A stretch of 47,185 bases of DNA, taken from a virus. Taxonomy: Duplodnaviria; Caudoviricetes. The translations under genes and the position numbers were made by a program. A model generated the notes under the pieces. That model was not told the origin of the DNA and made no database searches. It saw nothing but the letters and a program-made list of their open reading frames with translations. This document shows positions 28,196 to 36,941 of the stretch, in pieces (positions within the stretch are counted from its first letter, which is position 1; every line of letters begins with the position of its first letter). The stretch covers positions 1-47,185 of the IMG/VR virus record IMGVR_UViG_3300014208_001434. One strand, 5' to 3'.

Positions 28196-29227
28196 TTATG
28201 CGGTGTAATCGCCGCTTAGTGAGTTTGCAACTGGAACGCCTTCGTTAACCATGAATTCCCTTTTATGCAAATTGGTAATACGCATACCAATATGCCATTG
28301 CATCCAGAACTGAACCAAATTTGGATCTTCGAAAATGTTACGTACTTGAACAAAATCGATATCACCAAAAGTATTCATACCTAAATCGAAGTTTCCGGGA
28401 GTGGTTAAGTGCATGCGTTCACCGGTACCTAAACAATAGTGCGATGCAATGCTCAATTTCGACAATCCGGAACGGAATTGGATGTGTTTTAATACATCTT
28501 CAAACTCAACAGCCTTTACAGCTAATTTATTTTGAAGGGCATCCTGCACATTCAATAACTGCACCGGAGGAATGCGAAGAATAAGCGGTTTATCCTTAGC
28601 CTTTTCATCGGCTTTTCGCAGCCAGGTAATTAAATTATCGTAAGCTGTAGTATCTGCACCATCAACAGGAGCATCTAAAGCGCCGGAGTTAACCAGGTTA
28701 CCTTTGGCCAACGAAATATCGGTGGCGGTAATGGCATCGCTAATAATGGTATCAAAACCATCAACCATTCCCATAGGGGTTTTATCAGCTGTATTCCTAT
28801 TCGATGGAAATAAGGCATCAATAATATCTTCAGCTACGGTAATTACCTTTTTAGCGATAATATCGCGCTCCAACGGGTGCTTTTTATCCTGGTTGTTCAC
28901 CTTGTTTGCCGATGCATCAAACAGCACATTTTTCGCTCGATAGCTTTCAATATCGTCTTTAAGTGCGGCATAAGCTTTTACGGTAATCAAATCGCTTTCG
29001 CTTAATTTAGCAATCTCGGTTATATAATCGAGAGTACCAGCTACATAAGGTTTGGCAACGCCTCCTTTACGCTGCTCTACTACAATGGTATCTTTGTAGT
29101 TCACTTCCAACAGTGAAATACCTAAAATTTTCAACACATCAATAAGGATTGCGTAAGGCAATACCCTGAAATCCTTTTGATAATTTTTGGCTTCGCGTTG
29201 AAGCCCTGTAATATTTACTACAGCCAT
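28196..29227 (-). CDS. Putative major capsid protein
   Basis: 343 aa directly after protease/scaffold; MVDGFDTII. Confidence 0.75.
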   Translation of the reverse strand: MAVVNITGLQREAKNYQKDFRVLPYAILIDVLKILGISLLEVNYKDTIVVEQRKGGVAKPYVAGTLDYITEIAKLSESDLITVKAYAALKDDIESYRAKNVLFDASANKVNNQDKKHPLERDIIAKKVITVAEDIIDALFPSNRNTADKTPMGMVDGFDTIISDAITATDISLAKGNLVNSGALDAPVDGADTTAYDNLITWLRKADEKAKDKPLILRIPPVQLLNVQDALQNKLAVKAVEFEDVLKHIQFRSGLSKLSIASHYCLGTGERMHLTTPGNFDLGMNTFGDIDFVQVRNIFEDPNLVQFWMQWHIGMRITNLHKREFMVNEGVPVANSLSGDYTA

Positions 29228-29228
29228 G

Positions 29229-30548
29229 TTACTTTCCTCCTAAATATTCGTTTGCAACTGCATTAATGTCTGCTACAATGTTTTCACCGGTTGCAACAGC
29301 ATTACTCTTTTCTTTTGGATCGTCATCGCCTTCGGTAATGGCAACAGCTCCTTTAGTACCCGGTTCGCCTTTTAATTCGGCAATTTTGTTTTCTTTCTCG
29401 GTGATAGTGGCATCGCGCAAGGCGATAGTTTCGGTTGCAGCGGTTAAATCGGCTTCGGCTTTCGCTTTTAAGTCGTTGGCTGCTTGCAGTTGGCTTTCCA
29501 ATAGTGGAATCTTATCGAGTCCTGCACTAATGGCTTCCAACTGTTCTTCAGATAAGTGGGCGTGCCCTTCAACTATTTCGATACTTGAAATAGCCAAAAG
29601 CGCCACCAGTGCGGACAGTTTCGGATTCATGTGATTTACAGATTTATTTGGGTTTGAATTAGATGAACTTGATTTGGTTGTTTTTTCTTCTACCTGGTAA
29701 CCGGCCAATTCCAAAACACGAGTTACGGCATCGTCAAAGGTTCCAATACTATCAATGAGCGTTCCAACAGCATCTTTGGCTTGCATTACACCCCCCAAAA
29801 TTTGTTTATCGGTTACATTGGGACGGCTGGCTTTTACATCGGCAATAAATTGGTTGCGGTGTGGATTGAGAAAATTATCTTTTACCGGTTTAAAATTATT
29901 GTGGTTTATAGCTTGCTCATACTCGAGGTTCTTTTCTTCGGATCCATCGGCATAAATGCGAACGTGTACAACACCATCGGAATTGGCTTCGCTAACTGCC
30001 TTTCGGCCTTCGTAAACCATCATGGTTCCAGTACTGCCTACAATATCGGTATCGCGGCTGGCCATTATTTCATCGCAACCGGAATGCAAATAATACATAG
30101 CGCTGGCGCTAACACCATCAATGTAACCAAGAACGGGTTTTGTTCTTTTTTGCATGGGTTCTCGCAGCTCAGGAATAGCATTTGCCTGGCCACCTCCCGA
30201 TTCTCCTAAAAGAATATGACCTATCACATTTGGGTTGGCATCGGCTTCGGCAAATCGTTGGCCAAGGGTTCTGGTTCCAACAGGTCCGCAAGGTTGATCA
30301 TGTTTGGTAATTATACCACGTACGGGTAAAACATGAATAAGCTTTTGGTTTGCTTCCGTATTATCCATACCAGTTACAGCATGGCTGGCCGCTAAAACAT
30401 GAAAAGGAATGGAATTTTGTGGTTCTCCTTCGGCTTGGAATGCCATACCATTTAACATACCGTTGAATAACGGATACATGGTATTGAATGTATTGGCATC
30501 AATTAACCATGGCGAAGAAAGTAATGAGCTTAAAAAAGTAAAATGCAT
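29229..30548 (-). CDS. S49 (SppA/ClpP-like) prohead protease with C-terminal coiled-coil scaffold
   Basis: ESGGG, SASAMYYLHSGCDEI, VGSTGT, LIDSIGTFDDAV; acidic coiled-coil tail after a Ser-rich linker. Confidence 0.85.
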   Translation of the reverse strand: MHFTFLSSLLSSPWLIDANTFNTMYPLFNGMLNGMAFQAEGEPQNSIPFHVLAASHAVTGMDNTEANQKLIHVLPVRGIITKHDQPCGPVGTRTLGQRFAEADANPNVIGHILLGESGGGQANAIPELREPMQKRTKPVLGYIDGVSASAMYYLHSGCDEIMASRDTDIVGSTGTMMVYEGRKAVSEANSDGVVHVRIYADGSEEKNLEYEQAINHNNFKPVKDNFLNPHRNQFIADVKASRPNVTDKQILGGVMQAKDAVGTLIDSIGTFDDAVTRVLELAGYQVEEKTTKSSSSNSNPNKSVNHMNPKLSALVALLAISSIEIVEGHAHLSEEQLEAISAGLDKIPLLESQLQAANDLKAKAEADLTAATETIALRDATITEKENKIAELKGEPGTKGAVAITEGDDDPKEKSNAVATGENIVADINAVANEYLGGK

Positions 30549-30569
30549 TGCCTTGTTTTTTTTTCAAGG

Positions 30570-30604
30570 CAATGCTATTTAAAAGGCTGTAGCTATTAAA
30601 GGAC
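30570..30604 (-). promoter_or_regulatory. Candidate late promoter, copy 5 (protease/capsid block)
   Basis: GTCCTTT-N20-TAGCATTG. Confidence 0.65.
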
Positions 30605-31647
30605 TATGAATTATCGCGATATGAAAGGGGTCGAATCTGAATCATCTTTGCTTTAATTGCAAGGGCTTCCGCACTAAATGGAGTTCCATTAAATCCATAT
30701 TCGCCAGAACCATCGATATAGAAGTATTCATCAATGCCCCAATAAACAGGTTGGTTAAGAATTATTTGATATTGTTTGAGCAATTCATCTAAATCAGATG
30801 AAATAATTGAATTTCCACTTAAATCTAGATGTCCTGGAGTAGAATATGTGAAAAATCTAGTCATACCTGCATTTATAATTGTTAAGCTATCTTGATAATA
30901 AAAATATAGTCCAAAATTTGAAATAAAAATTCCGTTTATAAATCTACCCAATCTTATAGCAAGGTAGCTTTCTTGAGTTACAGTATAATGTCTCAAAATT
31001 GTTTTAGTTTCCCCAGGTTGGAATGATAATTCTTCTAAAATACCATTGAAATCAATGGTTAAAAAACTTTCATTATCTTCAACACATTTCAATGTAAAAT
31101 TTAAATCGAAATCCTTATTAACTATTGCCAATATGTTTGAAGTAAAATGCCAATCATTAAAAATGGTATCCCACAAACTCAAAGGTGGAATAGCATACGC
31201 ATCTAAATTAATAAACGGCACCTGCTCACCAACTGCATTGAATTCAATGTTGTATCCGTTGTAATTTGGCATATCGGATACGTTTTCCTGAATGGTAATT
31301 TTGCCTGAAGGCGTTAAACGGCTCACTCCATTTTTATCGGTTAGTACGAGCCTTACCAATCGGCCACGGAATGTTTTGAGGAACAGTTCGGCATCCTCGC
31401 GAACTTTTGGGTGCCTGAAATTTGCCTGAACTTTGTATATGGTTCCATGGCCTTCATCATCATCGGTAATGGAGTATGTTCCGTCGGTAATTTCAATTTC
31501 GTTGAATTGCTGGCCTGTTGAAAATTCAATTTCCGATAGGTTAATGCTTAAGGCAAATGGCAAATTGGTTACATATACATCTTTAATAATTTGCACCTTG
31601 TTAAGGCTGGCAAAGTTCTGTGTATTGGTACTTTTTACTAAATTCAT
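30604..31647 (-). CDS. Hypothetical protein (tail-tube-like N-domain plus AT-rich C-terminal extension)
   Basis: LVLTDKNGVSRL...NGYNIEF echoes 27630-28181; composition shifts near 31200. Confidence 0.55.
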   Translation of the reverse strand: MNLVKSTNTQNFASLNKVQIIKDVYVTNLPFALSINLSEIEFSTGQQFNEIEITDGTYSITDDDEGHGTIYKVQANFRHPKVREDAELFLKTFRGRLVRLVLTDKNGVSRLTPSGKITIQENVSDMPNYNGYNIEFNAVGEQVPFINLDAYAIPPLSLWDTIFNDWHFTSNILAIVNKDFDLNFTLKCVEDNESFLTIDFNGILEELSFQPGETKTILRHYTVTQESYLAIRLGRFINGIFISNFGLYFYYQDSLTIINAGMTRFFTYSTPGHLDLSGNSIISSDLDELLKQYQIILNQPVYWGIDEYFYIDGSGEYGFNGTPFSAEALAIKAKMIQIRPLSYRDNS

Positions 31648-31665
31648 AATTATTTGATTTATAAG

Positions 31666-32166
31666 TTAATGACTAATTGAGACAGATAAAGACGGTTTAG
31701 GACAGTATGAGGACAAATCGTCGAAAAAAATAGCGGGGTTATTTGAATAATTTTTCTTGCGCATGCGGTAATCCCGTTTTTTTAACATTTCATAAGTGCG
31801 CATGTCGCCTGGCAAATTATGGGCATCAATAAAAAGGTAAATACCATCTTTTAAATAAAGGCTTGAATTTTTATGATACGGTGCCAGGAACTGGAATAGA
31901 TCGATATCGAGTAAACTATCTAAATAATCGCCAATAACTTTGTTTCCGCGCTCGCCTATATTCACTTTTCCGCCTGAATCTTTTAAAACCCAATCGGGAA
32001 CATATACTTTGGTTTCGGGCAGTGGTGCCGAAAATTCCTCCCAGCGTAATAATGAGAAAACAAGCGGTGCAAGGTTGAATTTTGCCGAAAGAAATGGGGG
32101 TTTTCCACAAATACTTATAAGGTAACGTTCCTGGTGTGGTTTTAAATAAAGCTTAAGCTGCTGCAT
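31666..32166 (-). CDS. Hypothetical protein, candidate late transcription activator
   Basis: At the early/late boundary; basic C-terminal helix YEMLKKRDYRMRKK; ATG at 32166 preferred over the start inside the repeat region. Confidence 0.45.
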   Translation of the reverse strand: MQQLKLYLKPHQERYLISICGKPPFLSAKFNLAPLVFSLLRWEEFSAPLPETKVYVPDWVLKDSGGKVNIGERGNKVIGDYLDSLLDIDLFQFLAPYHKNSSLYLKDGIYLFIDAHNLPGDMRTYEMLKKRDYRMRKKNYSNNPAIFFDDLSSYCPKPSLSVSISH

Positions 32167-32249
32167 ACTGATAAATTTTACTGGTTTTGACAAATTTATG
32201 ATTATAACTTTTGTTTTAAAACTTTTGTTTGATGTGATATTGTACCAAA

Positions 32250-32485
32250 AAAGTGTAAGTGTGTAATAATGCAATTTTGTGAGCCTAATAAACACATTAA
32301 CAATTTGTTGCACATTACACTTGTTTTGTAATGTGGCAAAATTGAAAATGTAATGTTTGTAATTTTTGTAATGTTGAAAATATGCATTACACTTTTTTTG
32401 TAATGTTTGAAAAAGTGTAATGAAAAATGTAATGTGTAACTTTTTGGGCTTTAATTCTTTGGAGGAATATTACAGAATTACATTT
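32250..32485. repeat. TGTAA(T) repeat cluster, candidate replication origin
   Basis: About 14 TGTAA/TTACA copies; two CATTACA-N7-TGTAATG palindromes at 32313-32333 and 32385-32405. Confidence 0.65.
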
Positions 32486-32603
32486 TTTTTAAATATAATC
32501 AAGTTGAAGGAAAAAAAGGAAATAAAGAGAGGCCACCAAATAAAGTTGAAAAGTAAAAAATGGGTAAAAAAAAGGAATAGAATGTGGTGTGCTTCGCACC
32601 AAT

Positions 32604-32628
32604 AAAAAACCCAGCGAAGGGCTGGGTT
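32604..32628 (-). terminator. Intrinsic terminator ending the early operon
   Basis: aacccagc-gaagg-gctgggtt plus a U-run on minus. Confidence 0.7.
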
Positions 32629-32662
32629 AAAAGGAATGGATATGACCATATATTTATTTCGT

Positions 32663-33886
32663 TCATGTTCTAGTATGTTCCCGCAATTCATTAAATAATA
32701 AAGCCATTGTAGAACCGTCGCTGTATTTTCTATCCAATAGTACATCACCAATGGTTTCAGTACCGTCCCAATTATTGGGCCATGTATTGGCGTTAATTAA
32801 TTCGTGAATGCGCTGTATTTCATCAACGTTTATAATATCAATTGTGGGCCTATTCAAACTTACGGCCTCTTTATTAACCGATTCCTGAATTCCAATTATC
32901 CTGGATAGGAAAATCTTTCGGGCATCAAGTGTTAATGGGCCTAATCGTTGCTGGTTTTTTGATAAGGTTCCATCCTTTTTAACCGATCCGTTTTTTCGTA
33001 GCCTATATTGCGGGTTCCTCATTTCCCTATAAATTGGTTTCAACTCCATTAACGGAGTTAAATAGCTCCAATAGGGCATTCGGATAACCGCTTTTAGCGC
33101 TTTATCTTCTTGGGCCAACGGACAACCAATGCACCCGGTTCTGGCGTTTATCTCTTCCGCTTCATCACCACCGTAGGCATCGGCCAAAAACGCTGTGGGC
33201 CATTCTCCGTATTGTTTCGATGGAGCAAATATTTTAAGCCAATCCCACACTGAGCAAACACGCCAATGTAATATTGGGGCCAGTGTACTGCAAATGGAGC
33301 TGTCTAATCCGGTTTGATACCAACCCTGGCCACATTCTGCCCCATCTTTTGAGCAACTCATTGCAATACGGCCATCGCGAATAGCGCTTTCGCCTTGCCG
33401 AACTCCGGTAAGCATCAATATTTTCTGGCCAATTTCTTTATGCAATGAGTCTAACGCCTGTTCCATGGGTTCTACTTTAATTTGACCCGTACACCAGCGG
33501 AAGGTGTTGGATGGGGGCGGAACTCCCTTACCTAATATGTATACAAAAAAGCGTTCATCCAACGGAGCCATAACTACTCGGACATCAACTCCCAATGTTT
33601 TTAGCTTTTCAATTACCCCTTTAGCGGCCAACCACAACGGAATCAATTCCATACGGGTATCGGCACAAAGAACGGTAATAGACTTTGGGGCAACTATTTG
33701 GCCTGTAATTATTAATTGAATAACCAATGTTACCAAAGTAGTTGAATCTTTGCCCCAGCTCCAAGCGATAGCCCAATGATCATGTTTTGGGCCATGTAGG
33801 TTTAAACTAGCTACGGTTAAGTCAATCTGTTCGTTAAAATCCAATCGCCTGGAACCAAATAAGCTCAATTGTTCTATTTTCTTCAT
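32663..33886 (-). CDS. PAPS reductase-family (DndC-like) protein
   Basis: SWGKDS PP-loop, ADT, RWCTGQIK, GVRQGESAIR, RTGCIGCP. Confidence 0.85.
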   Translation of the reverse strand: MKKIEQLSLFGSRRLDFNEQIDLTVASLNLHGPKHDHWAIAWSWGKDSTTLVTLVIQLIITGQIVAPKSITVLCADTRMELIPLWLAAKGVIEKLKTLGVDVRVVMAPLDERFFVYILGKGVPPPSNTFRWCTGQIKVEPMEQALDSLHKEIGQKILMLTGVRQGESAIRDGRIAMSCSKDGAECGQGWYQTGLDSSICSTLAPILHWRVCSVWDWLKIFAPSKQYGEWPTAFLADAYGGDEAEEINARTGCIGCPLAQEDKALKAVIRMPYWSYLTPLMELKPIYREMRNPQYRLRKNGSVKKDGTLSKNQQRLGPLTLDARKIFLSRIIGIQESVNKEAVSLNRPTIDIINVDEIQRIHELINANTWPNNWDGTETIGDVLLDRKYSDGSTMALLFNELREHTRT

Positions 33887-33898
33887 GGGTGTGATTCG

Positions 33899-34444
33899 TT
33901 ATGTGTTAATCAATACAAATGGGCGACGGATTCCCTCCGACAAAAACTCAGCAGCTTCCAGCGCCTTTAAAATCTTATCTTTTGTAGGTATGCTATGATC
34001 CAATATGGTGAATAAAGCCCCTAGGGCAAAATCTGCTCCGCATCCAACGGCATCAATGCCGTTTAAATTCTCGGCTACCTGAAAATCGCTTTCAATTTTA
34101 AACAACCTGTTTTTGTAGGCTACCAGAAAGGTTCCCCCTTTTTCGTCACCATCGGTATATTTCTGCAGATATCCACCCTCTTTAAAACAGGCCCTAACGG
34201 CATCAATGAATTGGGTGCACATGTACGCATAAACATCGTCGGCTTTTATTTCGGGTGGGTTAAACGAAAACCGCAATAACTGAATCATACGGAATGAGGA
34301 GGTACAGCCAATAACGAATTCACCGTTTTTGAAAACTTTTACATCCTTCCTGATGAAAATATTGCTTCCGTTCGATTCGGCTGAATCTCCACCGATGGTA
34401 ACTCTGTTTGAGTGTTTGTTGACAATTCCTACTATACAGGTCAT
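33899..34444 (-). CDS. Ntn-hydrolase (HslV/proteasome beta-like) peptidase
   Basis: True start M-TCIVG (Thr1 nucleophile), GGDS, KVF, AVGCGADFALGAL. Confidence 0.75.
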   Translation of the reverse strand: MTCIVGIVNKHSNRVTIGGDSAESNGSNIFIRKDVKVFKNGEFVIGCTSSFRMIQLLRFSFNPPEIKADDVYAYMCTQFIDAVRACFKEGGYLQKYTDGDEKGGTFLVAYKNRLFKIESDFQVAENLNGIDAVGCGADFALGALFTILDHSIPTKDKILKALEAAEFLSEGIRRPFVLINT

Positions 34445-34495
34445 AATTAGGTATTTAAAATTAGTTGTACTGTGTTTATTGATAATTGTTAGCAT

Positions 34496-34735
34496 TCATG
34501 CTAAAACCTCACATTTTGACAGTTCGTTGTATGGTATATGTTTTTTGCGGTTATTGAAATATCCAACAATCTTTTTTTCTGATTGTAGGTTTTCAACTAC
34601 TATAATTTCGACATTATGAAGGTTTTTTGAACCATCTGTTTTGTGTCGAATAGTTGCCTTGCATCTGTCTCCAGCTTCTAATTCCTCAGCCCAATGACTG
34701 ATATACTTTTCGTTGTAAAATTTGTTTAAATCCAT
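34496..34735 (-). CDS. Hypothetical protein
   Basis: 79 aa in the early operon. Confidence 0.55.
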   Translation of the reverse strand: MDLNKFYNEKYISHWAEELEAGDRCKATIRHKTDGSKNLHNVEIIVVENLQSEKKIVGYFNNRKKHIPYNELSKCEVLA

Positions 34736-34772
34736 TTTTATAATTTGTTTAATTGTTTCCTAACCCTTCTCC

Positions 34773-34970
34773 TCAAAAACACGCGTGGTATTCAATACAT
34801 TGGCACTGTCGCGTTCTTTGCCGTTGCGGATGAATACACCATCGTATATTAAAGCCTCGTAGTTTGCTTTTGTGGTGTAAAAAAGGCAGGTTCGGCCATC
34901 GATAATTATTTTGCATGCCGAATTGTTCTAAAATATTAACTACATCGATTTGTAAGGTTCTCTTTGCCAT
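34773..34970 (-). CDS. Hypothetical Cys/His-containing protein
   Basis: 65 aa, co-oriented. Confidence 0.45.
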   Translation of the reverse strand: MAKRTLQIDVVNILEQFGMQNNYRWPNLPFLHHKSKLRGFNIRWCIHPQRQRTRQCQCIEYHACF

Positions 34971-34988
34971 GGTGCTTTATTTAAAAGG

Positions 34989-35552
34989 TTATACCGTTCG
35001 GTTCAATAATTCTACCTCTTCAGCAGTGCGGTTTTTTTCCAGTTTCTTCAGTATCCGCGACTTTTCGTGCACGGCATAATAGCGCTTCAAATGCTCCAGT
35101 TTATGGGTTGCATCGGAAAGTAAGTTTTGGGTCAGTTGCAAATCACTTCGCAGTATTTCGGCATCAGTGTTGGTGTGCTGGTGCTGTTCGGCATTTATTT
35201 GGCCAAGGCTGTAAGTTATAAGCCCCGCAAAAGCCGAAAGGAATACGCTCATGTAAAACCGTACGGGATTTTCAAACATATCGTTGTAGTGTTGCAAATT
35301 GAATCCGCAGAATACCAGGGCAACATCGAATAGCGGAAAAACCAGTTTTAACCAGTTGCGCTTGCCCAGGCGCATCACCAAAACGGTAACTATGCTAAAG
35401 GCAATGGCGCCAATAATGCCGAATACAATATCGGTAAGGGTTTGCTTGTTGAACATGTACATGAGCGAAAGGCTGTTAATGTAGCTCAGCTCTGCAACCA
35501 TAAAGAGCAGGGCAATGCCCACTCCTGTTTTTGAAAGAAAGCGGTCAATCAT
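34989..35552 (-). CDS. Membrane protein (4 TM plus coiled coil)
   Basis: Four hydrophobic helices, then a coiled tail. Confidence 0.7.
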   Translation of the reverse strand: MIDRFLSKTGVGIALLFMVAELSYINSLSLMYMFNKQTLTDIVFGIIGAIAFSIVTVLVMRLGKRNWLKLVFPLFDVALVFCGFNLQHYNDMFENPVRFYMSVFLSAFAGLITYSLGQINAEQHQHTNTDAEILRSDLQLTQNLLSDATHKLEHLKRYYAVHEKSRILKKLEKNRTAEEVELLNRTV

Positions 35553-36583
35553 ACGGTGGCGGTATTTGGAAATTGTTTGTACTCTTTGCCGTTAAGGGTG
35601 CATCCTGCTTTCTTTTTTCCAACTCGAATGGTCATGTGTCCGGGTCTTGTACCGGTATCTTTGCCATCTATTTCGTTAACCCATCTGTGGGTTCCTTTTA
35701 GATCGGCTTGATTGCCCCATGATTTAGGAACTTCGTTTACCGGAATCCATTCGCCCCATTGTTTGAAAAATAAACATGTTTCGTATTTGTTGCATTGATT
35801 TTTCAGGTTTTCAACCCAATTGTGATTAACCGGCCGGGCATTAATTCCGCTTTCGCCACCACAGATTACCCAATTTATTATGTCGTCGTAAGGGGGTTCT
35901 GTCCAACCGGTAGCCATGTAAATACTTAAATCAACGGCACCCAACATGGGTTCAACGGAAACAAAACGGATGGCGGCGGGTATATTCAATAGAAACGGAA
36001 CCCGCTTGTTTACCATTTCCTGATTTTCGGCAGTAACGCCCAACCAGATGTTTTTTAAAGGCCATTCCCTATCCGCACGGTTATTAACGTGGCAAGCTGC
36101 TGCATCGGGGTCGTCGTTTTTATCGCACAATCCCAGTTCATAAACGGCATCTTCCCAACGTGCTATAAGCATTTCCTTTCCTTGGTTAAAGTATTCGGCC
36201 ATCCGATGGGGGCGCTTGGTTAAAATTTGATAGGTATGTTGTGGAGTGCAGGCAATAACGGCCATAACCTTATCAATCCATTCAAACGGTACGCTTTCGT
36301 GGAATAAATCGCCCATGGAGCAAACAAATATCATCCGCGGTTTACGCCAGCTTAACGGCTTTTCGATGGCTTGGCTCACGAATTGAGTTTTGCCATTCCA
36401 TTTTTTGGTTTTCCAATTAACCACTACTGAATAATTGAGCGCCGATATGCAACGCTCTAGTTTCATGCTGCCTAAACGGAACGCCATCTTTTCGGCATAA
36501 CAGTTTTTGCATCCGGGAGAAACTGGGGAACATCCTATAATTGGGTTCCATGTTTCGTTGGTCCATTCTATTTTTGTACTCAT
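35549..36583 (-). CDS. DUF5131 (phage Gp37/Gp68) radical-SAM-like protein
   Basis: TKIEWT..TWNPIIGCSPVSPGCKNCYA, FVCSMGDLFH, LTKR, WVICGGESG, FFKQWG. Confidence 0.9.
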   Translation of the reverse strand: MSTKIEWTNETWNPIIGCSPVSPGCKNCYAEKMAFRLGSMKLERCISALNYSVVVNWKTKKWNGKTQFVSQAIEKPLSWRKPRMIFVCSMGDLFHESVPFEWIDKVMAVIACTPQHTYQILTKRPHRMAEYFNQGKEMLIARWEDAVYELGLCDKNDDPDAAACHVNNRADREWPLKNIWLGVTAENQEMVNKRVPFLLNIPAAIRFVSVEPMLGAVDLSIYMATGWTEPPYDDIINWVICGGESGINARPVNHNWVENLKNQCNKYETCLFFKQWGEWIPVNEVPKSWGNQADLKGTHRWVNEIDGKDTGTRPGHMTIRVGKKKAGCTLNGKEYKQFPNTATV

Positions 36584-36598
36584 AAATTGGGTTTTTGG

Positions 36599-36754
36599 TT
36601 AAATTAATCCTTGCTTTTTTAATAATAATTCAATCTCGGATTGGGTATGGGCTTTGCCTCTTCCTTTTATTATAGTTCTTCTTTTTACACACACTTTTTT
36701 GTGTCTTATTTCGGCACTATGTTTCTTATTTTTTCTTTGATTCTTGTATGCCAT
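36599..36754 (-). CDS. Small very basic protein (51 aa, absent from the ORF track)
   Basis: MAYKNQRKNKKHSAEIRHKKVCVKRRTIIKGRGK...; fills an operon gap exactly. Confidence 0.5.
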   Translation of the reverse strand: MAYKNQRKNKKHSAEIRHKKVCVKRRTIIKGRGKAHTQSEIELLLKKQGLI

Positions 36755-36755
36755 G

Positions 36756-36941
36756 TTATACCTCCTTTTCCACTTTAACGCCAGCGGCTATTTGAATGGC
36801 ATGCCTGTAAAAATCGTCGGCACGGCTGTATATGTTAATGCCGTTTTTGTGTAGGTAAACCAAGGCTGTTGCATAGCGCTTTTCGGCAGCAGTGGTTTTT
36901 TGGTTTGGTTGGCTATTGGCCAAGTTGGTTGTTTTATTCAT
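36756..36941 (-). CDS. Hypothetical protein
   Basis: 61 aa; start overlaps the upstream stop region. Confidence 0.5.
   Translation of the reverse strand: MNKTTNLANSQPNQKTTAAEKRYATALVYLHKNGINIYSRADDFYRHAIQIAAGVKVEKEV

Noticed and set aside
32167-32751. ORFs 32202-32387, 32420-32605, 32470-32751 and the 5' extension of 31666-32313
   Set aside because: Low-complexity translations of the TGTAAT repeat region and terminator.
32663-33886. Complete Dnd phosphorothioation system
   Set aside because: No dndA/B/D/E-like partners recognised in the window.
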